DNA of 64,000 nucleotides, from contig JAKFFE010000022.1 of the NCBI GenBank assembly GCA_036675345.1, positions 127,742-191,741 of the forward strand, read 5' to 3'. The position numbers and the translations under genes were made by a program. The DNA is from Myxococcaceae bacterium (lineage in GTDB: Bacteria; Myxococcota; Myxococcia; Myxococcales; Myxococcaceae). Within the stretch, counting starts at the first letter, position 1. Each line of letters opens with the position of its first letter. Shown piece after piece: positions 37,585 to 45,128 of the stretch. A model generated the notes under the pieces. The model did no database searches and was not told where the DNA came from. It saw only the letters and a list, made by a program, of their open reading frames with translations.

Positions 37585-38817
37585 CTACGATCCCACGAAC
37601 AGCGACGAGAGCAGGATCCACAGGGTGACGATCACCAGCACCGCCGACCCTGCCGCCAGCACGGTCTCCAGCGGATGGTTCCGGGGGAACTGCCGGGCGG
37701 TGTCGAGGGCCTGCCGCCGCAGCGCGGGATCGCCCATCGCCGAGAGCCACTCTCGGACCGCCTCCAGCCGGGCCAGATGCTGCGGCCGCCCCGTCAGCTC
37801 TCCCGGGGGCGCCGGGCTTCGCTGCCGCGCGGGTGCCGCGGACTGGGCGGTGGGGGGAGTGGACGGCTTGCGCACCGGGGCCGGTCTCATCCCGCTGCGT
37901 CCCGTCGTGGTTCCGGAGGGCTCCGGCGCCGGGTCGGTCAACTGGGCCACCAGCGACGAGAGTTCGTACGTCCCCACCACCTCGTTGGAGGCGCGGAGGA
38001 AGTTCTCCAGCTCCAGCCCCAGGGCCCGGCAGCTGGGGTAGCGCCGCGTGGGATCCTTGGCCAGCGCCTTGTCCAGGATGCGGGAGAGCGCTTCGGGGAT
38101 CTCCGGCCGGCGGCTGCGGATGTCCACGTGGGGCTCCTTGGCCACCGCGTTGAGCAGGGCCACATCCCCCTCCACGTCAAACAGCCGGTTCCCGGCCAGC
38201 GCCTCGTAGAGGGTGGCCGCCGCCGAGTACACGTCCGCGCGGCGATCCAGGGGCTTGCCCCGCAGCTGCTCGGGGGCCATGTACGCGAACTTCCCCTTCA
38301 GGGTCCCGGCCTGGGTGTGCTGGGAGGTGCTGGCGGCCTTGGCCACCCCGAAGTCGGTGACCTTCACCGCCCCGGTGCGGGAGAGCAGGATGTTGTCCGG
38401 GCTGACGTCGCGGTGGACGATGTTCAGCGCGTGCGCGTAGTCCAGCCCCTCGCAGGCCAGGCTGATGATCTTCACCGCGTGGGCGATCGGCAGCCGGCCG
38501 CGGGCCGCCCGCCACAGGGTGCCCAGGTCCGGGCCGTCCACGTACTCCATCGCCAGGTAGTAGGCGTCATCCGCCTCGCCGAAGTCGAAGATCTGCACCA
38601 CCCCGGGGTGGTTCAGCCCCGCGGCCAGCCGGGCCTCGGCCAGGAACATCTCCACGAACTTTGGATCCTCGGCCAGGTGGGGAAGGATCCGCTTCACCAC
38701 CAGCGTCTTCTGGAATCCGGCGGGGCCGGCCGCGCGGGCCAGATACACCTCCGCCATTCCACCGGAGGCCAGCTTCCGGACCAGCTCGTACTTACCGATC
38801 TGCAGCGGCGCCGCCAT
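37585..38817 (-). CDS. Hanks-type Ser/Thr protein kinase with a C-terminal TM anchor
   Basis: GGMAEVYLA...VVKRI (VAIK equivalent), HRDVSPDNILL, VTDFGVAK, APE. The C-terminal hydrophobic helix is LVIVTLWILLSSLFV. Confidence 0.85.
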   Translation of the reverse strand: MAAPLQIGKYELVRKLASGGMAEVYLARAAGPAGFQKTLVVKRILPHLAEDPKFVEMFLAEARLAAGLNHPGVVQIFDFGEADDAYYLAMEYVDGPDLGTLWRAARGRLPIAHAVKIISLACEGLDYAHALNIVHRDVSPDNILLSRTGAVKVTDFGVAKAASTSQHTQAGTLKGKFAYMAPEQLRGKPLDRRADVYSAAATLYEALAGNRLFDVEGDVALLNAVAKEPHVDIRSRRPEIPEALSRILDKALAKDPTRRYPSCRALGLELENFLRASNEVVGTYELSSLVAQLTDPAPEPSGTTTGRSGMRPAPVRKPSTPPTAQSAAPARQRSPAPPGELTGRPQHLARLEAVREWLSAMGDPALRRQALDTARQFPRNHPLETVLAAGSAVLVIVTLWILLSSLFVGS

Positions 38818-38843
38818 GGACTCGTCTGGCAGCTTAGCCGGTC

Positions 38844-39518
38844 TCAGAACAGCCGGTAGCCCAACCCGAGCCGGACCTCGAAGCCGAAGCGGGGGAGGGG
38901 ACTGGACGAGGGAGGGAACAGCAGGTCCAGGCCCACCCGACCCATCACCATCCCCGTGAAGTCCTCGCCCAGATACAGCTCCAGCCCGCCTCCCAGCAGC
39001 GGGTTGAGCCGGCCGCCGGCGCCGGCGGGCACCAGCCCCACATCGAACGGCACCTCGAAAAGCGCGATCGCCCGCAGGGTCTCCGCCAGCTCATAGGACG
39101 CCGCGGCGCCCACCAGGGGACGGATCCCCAGATAGGGGAAGTTGGCGCCATCCAGGTAGCGGGCGCCGCTGTTGGCCACCGCCCCCAACCCCACGTAGGG
39201 CGCCACCGAGAAGTCGTCCCCGTCGTAGACCCGGACCTTGACCAGCGCCTCCACCCCGAAGCCCACCTGCGGATAGTGGAAGCGGCCCCGGGCCTCGACC
39301 TCGATCAGCCCGAACCCCTGGCGGAACCCCACCCCGACCTCCGGGAAGCCCAGGTAGCCGTAGAAGGCGACCGCCCCTGCCGGAAGGATCGCGGGGGCGA
39401 CGGCGCCGCCCAGGGTGAGCTGACGGTCGGACAGCGCGTCCTCCTGCGCCTGCGCCGGGGAGGCCAGGGCGGCGAGGATGACGCAAAGCGGCACGAGGAG
39501 TGGGCTCGGTGCGTTCAC
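38844..39518 (-). CDS. Small outer-membrane beta-barrel protein (224 aa)
   Basis: Signal peptide VNAPSPLLVPLCVILAALASPAQA. Alternating beta-strand pattern. C-terminal ...RLGLGYRLF. It is the only protein-like part of the 1203-aa ORF-track frame. Confidence 0.55.
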   Translation of the reverse strand: MNAPSPLLVPLCVILAALASPAQAQEDALSDRQLTLGGAVAPAILPAGAVAFYGYLGFPEVGVGFRQGFGLIEVEARGRFHYPQVGFGVEALVKVRVYDGDDFSVAPYVGLGAVANSGARYLDGANFPYLGIRPLVGAAASYELAETLRAIALFEVPFDVGLVPAGAGGRLNPLLGGGLELYLGEDFTGMVMGRVGLDLLFPPSSSPLPRFGFEVRLGLGYRLF

Positions 39519-39677
39519 GGCGGCGGACCCTACAGCGGCCCTCGCATCGCCGCCTCTTCTCGAATCCGGACCTGTAAAATCAAATGGTTGCGGGAAGCGT
39601 CCGCTGCCCCCCTCCCTCGACGGGCGGCCGAAAATGAAGTATGAGGCGCGCGCTGCTTTCCCTACCTGGAGCCGACC

Positions 39678-41588
39678 ATGTCGCGATCCACCGTGGCACC
39701 CTCGCTCGTCCCGACCCGGTTCACAGTCGTCGGCTCCGCGGCCCTGGCGGTGCGGCCCCATCGGATCGCCCGCTCGGTGGCGGGGACCCGTCGCTCGCCG
39801 CTGCAGCGGCTGGGTTCGGTGGAGGTGGAGGGCGCCACCGCGCTGGTGGTGGATCCGGATCTGGGCGCCCGCTCCTTGCTGACCGCCGCGCTCAAGCGGG
39901 AGGGCTTCGAGGTGTTCACCGCCGGCAGCGCCGAGGAGGCGCTGCGGACCGTGGCCGCGCTGCCGTTCGTGCCGGAGTTGGTGCTCAGCGAGGTGGACCT
40001 TCCCCAGCAGGACGGGTTCGCGCTCTGTGAGGCCCTGCGCAACCTCCAGGGCGGCGCCCCCCGCTGCGTGATCCTGCTGGCCCGCCGGACCGACGCCACC
40101 CAGCGCGGCCTGGCCAAGAACGCCGGCGCGGACGAGCTTCTGCCCAAGCCCGCCTTCGTGGGAGACATCCTGGCGCTGGCCAAGCTGAAGATCGTGGCCG
40201 AACAGCACGGCAACGCCCGGGTGCTGCACACCTCCGAGCTGCCCCTTCCCCAGCTGGTGCGCGCGCTTCTGACCTCCGGCCGGGCCGGACGGGTGAAGCT
40301 GCGTCGGGGCTCGGCGGCGCTGGCCTTCCGGGACGGCAGCATCGTGGACTGCACCTTCGAGCGCACCATCGGACGCCGGGCGGTGGAGCGGATGCTGGCC
40401 CTGGGCCACGGGGAGATGGAGGTGACCTTCGGCCCCACCACCGCCGGGCTGGAGACCCTGGAGCTGCCGGAGCTGTGCGGCGTGGTGCTGCCCCGGCTGC
40501 GCCGGTTCCAACGGCTGCTGACCACCGGGCTGCCGCTGGACGCGGTGCTGGCGATGGACGTGGCCGCCTTCGCCCGGGCCCACGCCTCCTTGCCGCACGA
40601 CATCGCCCCCCTGGCCCGGCTGTGCGACGGGCGGCGTTCGGTCCGGCAGATCCTGATCGACGCCCCCTGCGACGAGACGGTGGCCCTGGAGGCCCTGACC
40701 CGGCTCTACACCCTGGGCGCGGTGCTCCCGGTGGGCGAGGACGGGGAACAGCAGCGGACCGCCAATCTGGTCCGGGTGCTGGAGCGGTTCGGCTCTCCGG
40801 CGGTCTCCCGCTGGGCCGCCTCCAACGACGAGCGGTTCGTTCCCCAGGCCAGCCCCAAGGCGGTGCGGGAGGGCCTGGCGCCGGAGCTGGTGCGCCAGCT
40901 GGACGCCTTCCGGATCCGCACCGTGGTGGAGCCGGCCGGACCGGCCTTCGAGTTCGCCGCGGAGGAAGCGGTGATCAGCGAGGTCTCCACCCCGGTCAGC
41001 GATCCGTACCTGATGCCGGACGACGAGTTGGTCAAGACCCACTCCCCGGTGCGGGAGGTGGCCAGCCCGACGGTGTCGGTGGGCTTGCCCCCGGTCAGCG
41101 ATCGCTCCGCCCGCGGCACGCTGCTGATCGGCGCCGCGGTGCTGGGGCTGGGCCTGTCCGCCGCCATCGTGCTGCCCCGGGACCTGGGCGCCCGTGCTGC
41201 CCCCCAGGCGGTGCCGGTGGTCCCCGGCGCCCTGGCGGTGACCGAGGCTCCCTGGTTCCAGCAGGCGGTCCGCCTCTACGAGGGCGGAGAGGTGGCCGGG
41301 GCCCGCGAGCTGCTGGAGCAGGTGGTGGCCGCCGATCCCTCCTCCGCCGAGGCCTGGGCCTACCTGGGCGTCACCCGGCTGGACTCCGGTGAGCCCAGCG
41401 CGGCGGAGGTGGCGGCGCTCAAGGCGGTGGAGCTGGAGCCCTCCCATCCCCGCGCCCAGCTGCTGTTGGGCCGGCTGGCGCTGACCCGCGGTGAACACGA
41501 GGTGGCCCGGCTCCACCTGGACCGGGTGATTGCGCTGGACGGCCAGGGCCCCCTGGGCACAGAAGCGCAGCAACTGCTCCCGCGCTAG
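39678..41588 (+). CDS. Response regulator: receiver domain, DUF4388, TM segment, then C-terminal TPR
   Basis: REC (ALVVDPD...LVLSEVDLPQQDG...LPKPF). DUF4388 (ELPLPQLVRALLTSGRAGRVKLRRG...). TM (LLIGAAVLGLGLSAAIVL). TPR (EAWAYLGVTRLDSGEPSAA...). Confidence 0.7.
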   Translation: MSRSTVAPSLVPTRFTVVGSAALAVRPHRIARSVAGTRRSPLQRLGSVEVEGATALVVDPDLGARSLLTAALKREGFEVFTAGSAEEALRTVAALPFVPELVLSEVDLPQQDGFALCEALRNLQGGAPRCVILLARRTDATQRGLAKNAGADELLPKPAFVGDILALAKLKIVAEQHGNARVLHTSELPLPQLVRALLTSGRAGRVKLRRGSAALAFRDGSIVDCTFERTIGRRAVERMLALGHGEMEVTFGPTTAGLETLELPELCGVVLPRLRRFQRLLTTGLPLDAVLAMDVAAFARAHASLPHDIAPLARLCDGRRSVRQILIDAPCDETVALEALTRLYTLGAVLPVGEDGEQQRTANLVRVLERFGSPAVSRWAASNDERFVPQASPKAVREGLAPELVRQLDAFRIRTVVEPAGPAFEFAAEEAVISEVSTPVSDPYLMPDDELVKTHSPVREVASPTVSVGLPPVSDRSARGTLLIGAAVLGLGLSAAIVLPRDLGARAAPQAVPVVPGALAVTEAPWFQQAVRLYEGGEVAGARELLEQVVAADPSSAEAWAYLGVTRLDSGEPSAAEVAALKAVELEPSHPRAQLLLGRLALTRGEHEVARLHLDRVIALDGQGPLGTEAQQLLPR

Positions 41589-41615
41589 CGCCGGAGCCGG
41601 CGGTCGAGGGCGCGG

Positions 41616-42365
41616 ATGTCGGGTCACAATCGCTGGTCGAAGATCAAGCGGCAGAAGGCCGCGATGGGCAACACCAAGGGGAAGCTGTTCTCCAAGGTGA
41701 TCAAGGAGATCACCATGGCCGCCAAGCTGGGCGGCGGTGACCCGGCCAACAACAACCGCCTGCGGGTGGCGATCTCCGCCGCCAAGGCCGCCAACATCCC
41801 CGGCGACAGCATCCAGCGCGCGGTCAAGAAGGGCACCGGCGAGCTGGAGGGCGCCGCCTACGAGGAGATCGTCTACGAGGGCTACGGCCCCGGCGGGGTG
41901 GCGGTGATCGTGGAGTGCCTCACCGACAACCGCAATCGCAGCGCCAGCGAGGTCCGCTCCTCCTTCTCCACCGGCGGCGGGAACATGGCGGCCACCGGCG
42001 CGGTGGGCTGGATGTTCCACCGCAAGGGAGTGGTCTCGGTGAAGGCCGGGCCCAGCGAGGACGAGGTGATGGAGCAGGCGCTGGAGGCCGGCGCGGAGGA
42101 TGTGCTCAACCACGGGCCGGAGGGGTTCGAGGTGCGCACCGCCCCCAACGATCTGCACCCGGTGGCCAGCGCCCTGGAGGCGGCGGGGATCCCGGTCTCC
42201 GAACAGAAGTGGCTGTACCTGCCGGAGAACACCGTCCGCCTGGAGGGGGACAACGCCCGCAAGATGCTCAAGCTGATGGAGCTCCTGGAAGACAACGACG
42301 ACGTGCAGGAGGTCCACGCCAACTTCGAGATTGACGAGGCGTTGATGCAGGAGCTGGCCGGGTAG
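41616..42365 (+). CDS. YebC/PmpR family DNA-binding transcriptional regulator
   Basis: MSGHNRWSKIKRQKAAMGNTKGKLFSK...IVYEGYGPGGVAVIVE...: a canonical full-length YebC of 249 aa. Confidence 0.9.
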   Translation: MSGHNRWSKIKRQKAAMGNTKGKLFSKVIKEITMAAKLGGGDPANNNRLRVAISAAKAANIPGDSIQRAVKKGTGELEGAAYEEIVYEGYGPGGVAVIVECLTDNRNRSASEVRSSFSTGGGNMAATGAVGWMFHRKGVVSVKAGPSEDEVMEQALEAGAEDVLNHGPEGFEVRTAPNDLHPVASALEAAGIPVSEQKWLYLPENTVRLEGDNARKMLKLMELLEDNDDVQEVHANFEIDEALMQELAG

Positions 42366-42562
42366 AGCCCCTCCCTCCGCTTCGCCCTCGTGGTCCGGCC
42401 GCCCTGGTTCTCCGTTCGCGGGGGAGGGCGGCCGTCGTGTTCTGGGAGCCATCACCCCGGGTGTCGTCCGGGAGTCCGTTCCCGGAGTCGATCCCTTGAC
42501 TTCCTGGGACTGGTTTGATTTTGCGACTCATTATCAATTCGTCCCAGTCGGAAGAGGTCTCC

Positions 42563-43756
42563 ATGTCCCGGTCCCGCCTTTCCCCCGTCGCGCGCGGGCT
42601 CCTGCTCCTGGCGGCGCTGGGGCTCTGCGCCTGCCCGAAGGCCAAGGATCCGGACGACGACTTCCGCCGGCAGCTGCTGGCGTCGGTGGCCAACAACGTG
42701 GTCCTCCCCACCTACAGCGAGTTCTCCAGCCGGACCGCGGCGCTGAAGACCGCCACCGCCGCCCTGGCCACCGCCACCGTTGCCGCCGAGGCGCCCACCG
42801 AGCTGGCCGCCGCGCAGGCCGCCTGGGGGGCGGCGATGGGCACCTGGCAGCGCGCGGAGCTGCTGCAGCTGGGCCCGGCCGGAGCGCCGGCGGTGATGAC
42901 CGGGGGGGAGTCGCGGCGGGACAAGATCTACTCCTGGCCCACCGTCAGCCCCTGCCGCGTCGACCAGGAGCTGGTGGCCCAGGGCTACCTGGCGCCGACC
43001 TTCTTCGAGACCGCGCTGGTCAACGTCTACGGGCTGGATGCGCTGGAGTACCTGCTCTTCCACACCGGTCCGGAGAACCAGTGCCCGGGCACCGACCCGC
43101 TGAACGCCGGCGGCTCCTGGGCGGCGCTGACCGCGGACCAGCTGCGCATCCGTCGCGCCGCCTATGCGGACGCGGTGGCCGGCCAGCTGCAGCGGGACGC
43201 CGACGCGCTGCTGGCCGCCTGGAGCCCCACCGGCGGGAACTTCGCCCAGAAGCTCGCCACCGCCGGGACCCAGGGGTCGCCCTTCGGCACCGCCCAGGAG
43301 GCGCTGGATCAAGTTTTCGCGGCGATGTTCTACGTGGACCTGACCGTGAAGGACGCCAAGCTGGCGGTGCCGGCCGGGCTGAACATCGCCTGCACCGGCA
43401 CCACCTGCCCCCAGTCGGTGGAGTCCCGCTGGGCGCACCGTTCCCGGGAGCAGCTGGTGGAGAACCTCCAGGGGTTCCGGGTGCTGTTCACCGGGGCCGA
43501 CCAGAAGGGGTTCGACGACTTCCTGATCCGCCGCAACGCCCCCGAGCTCTCCACCCAGATCCTCCAGGCCGCCGACGCCGCGGTGGTGGCGCTGGAGGCG
43601 ATCCCCGGCACCCTGGAGGTGGCGGTGGACGCGAACCCGGCGCAGGTGGCCGCCGCCTACGACGCGGTCAAGGCGCTGACCGACCTGGTCAAGACCCAGT
43701 TCGTGACCGTGCTCAACCTCCGCGTTCCGCAAGAGGGTGCCGCGGACAATGACTGA
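42563..43756 (+). CDS. Imelysin-like (peptidase M75 / iron-regulated protein A-like) lipoprotein
   Basis: Lipobox LLLLAALGLCACPK. About 400 aa, Ala-rich helical periplasmic protein of the imelysin fold (GxHxxE-like region ...WAHRSREQL...). Confidence 0.65.
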   Translation: MSRSRLSPVARGLLLLAALGLCACPKAKDPDDDFRRQLLASVANNVVLPTYSEFSSRTAALKTATAALATATVAAEAPTELAAAQAAWGAAMGTWQRAELLQLGPAGAPAVMTGGESRRDKIYSWPTVSPCRVDQELVAQGYLAPTFFETALVNVYGLDALEYLLFHTGPENQCPGTDPLNAGGSWAALTADQLRIRRAAYADAVAGQLQRDADALLAAWSPTGGNFAQKLATAGTQGSPFGTAQEALDQVFAAMFYVDLTVKDAKLAVPAGLNIACTGTTCPQSVESRWAHRSREQLVENLQGFRVLFTGADQKGFDDFLIRRNAPELSTQILQAADAAVVALEAIPGTLEVAVDANPAQVAAAYDAVKALTDLVKTQFVTVLNLRVPQEGAADND

Positions 43757-45128
43757 CCGGCTGGGCCAGCTGCGGACCTGGTTGGGGCGCCCGGTGGACG
43801 GCGCCAGCCTGGTCGCGTTCCGGGTCCTGTTCGGCTCGGTGTTGGCCTTGGGGTTGGTGCGGTTCCTCCTCACCGGCTGGATCCGGCCGCAGTACGTGGA
43901 GCCGGGGTTCTTCTTCAAGTACCCGCTGTTCGACTGGGTGCGGCCCTGGTCGGAGTCGGGGATGTACCTGCACTACGGGGTGCTGGCGCTGCTGGCCCTG
44001 TGCGTGGCGGCCGGCGCCGGCTACCGGGTAGCGGCGCTGCTGTTCACCCTGGGCTTTGCCTGGGTGCAGTTGATCGACGTCACCAACTACCTCAACCACT
44101 ACTACCTGGTGGTGCTGCTGGGGACGCTGCTGGTCTTCCTGCCCCTGAACCAGCTGGCCTCGGTGGACGCCTGGCTGCGCCCCTCGCTGCGGCGGGCCAC
44201 CGTCCCGGCCTGGGCGCTGTACCTGCTGCGCTTCCAGGTGGCGGTGGTCTACGTGAACGCCGGGCGCGCCAAGCTGTCCGCGGACTGGCTGCTGCACGCC
44301 CAGCCGCTGGGGATCTGGATGAACGCCCGGACCGGGACCCCGCTGATCGGCAACCTGCTGGCCGAGCCGTGGATCCCGTATGTGATGAGCTGGTCCGGCT
44401 TCCTCTTCGACACCCTGATCGTGGTGTTCCTCTCCTGGCGGCGGACCCGGCTGTTCGCCTACGGGCTGGTGGTCCTCTTCCACTCGCTGACCCACGTCTT
44501 CTTCGACATCGGGCTGTTCCCGTTCCTGATGACGGTGGGGGCGCTGGTGTTCTTTCCGCCCGACTGGCCCCGGACCCTGTGGGCCCGGCTCACCCGTCGG
44601 CCCGCTTCGCCGGTCGAGGTTTCCTCCCCTCCGTCCCGCCTCCCCGCCTGGGGCCTGGGCGCGATCGCCGCCTTCTGCCTGGTGCAGCTGCTGCTGCCGC
44701 TGCGCCACCTGGCCTACGACGGCAACGTGCTGTGGACCGAGCAGGGGATGCGCTGGTCCTGGAAGGTGATGGTCCGGGAGAAGAACGGCAGCGTCACCTA
44801 CCAGGTCCGCTCCAGGGACAGCGGACGGGTGTGGCGGGTGAACCCCGCCCAGTACCTCACCCTGCGGCAGATGAATGAGATGTCCGGCCAGCCGGATCTG
44901 ATCCTCCAGCTGGCGCACCACATCGCCCAGGACTTCCAGACGCGGGGCGTGGGCCCGGTGGAGGTCCGCGCCGAGGCGTGGGTCTCGCTCAACGGCCGCC
45001 CGCCGCGTCTGCTCATCGATCCCGATTTCGACCTCACCTCGGCCCTGGACGGAGTGCTGCCCGCGGAGTGGATTCTCCCCGGGCCGGACTCTCCGCCGCT
45101 GGCGGTGGGGAGGAGGACCCAGCCGTGA
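43737..45128 (+). CDS. HTTM-domain (vitamin-K-dependent gamma-carboxylase-like) integral membrane protein
   Basis: RTWLGRPVDGASLVAFRVLFG...KYPLFDW...NHYYLVVLL...: the HTTM N-terminal signature. About 8 TM helices and a C-terminal soluble domain. Confidence 0.7.
   Translation: MPRTMTDRLGQLRTWLGRPVDGASLVAFRVLFGSVLALGLVRFLLTGWIRPQYVEPGFFFKYPLFDWVRPWSESGMYLHYGVLALLALCVAAGAGYRVAALLFTLGFAWVQLIDVTNYLNHYYLVVLLGTLLVFLPLNQLASVDAWLRPSLRRATVPAWALYLLRFQVAVVYVNAGRAKLSADWLLHAQPLGIWMNARTGTPLIGNLLAEPWIPYVMSWSGFLFDTLIVVFLSWRRTRLFAYGLVVLFHSLTHVFFDIGLFPFLMTVGALVFFPPDWPRTLWARLTRRPASPVEVSSPPSRLPAWGLGAIAAFCLVQLLLPLRHLAYDGNVLWTEQGMRWSWKVMVREKNGSVTYQVRSRDSGRVWRVNPAQYLTLRQMNEMSGQPDLILQLAHHIAQDFQTRGVGPVEVRAEAWVSLNGRPPRLLIDPDFDLTSALDGVLPAEWILPGPDSPPLAVGRRTQP

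Noticed and set aside
38844-42455. 1203-aa minus-strand ORF spanning the outer-membrane barrel gene, the REC-DUF4388-TPR gene (antisense) and YebC (antisense).
   Set aside because: Only the last ~224 codons (signal peptide plus beta-barrel) are protein-like. The remainder is a Gly/Arg/Pro-rich antisense translation of well-supported plus-strand genes, a typical high-GC shadow ORF.
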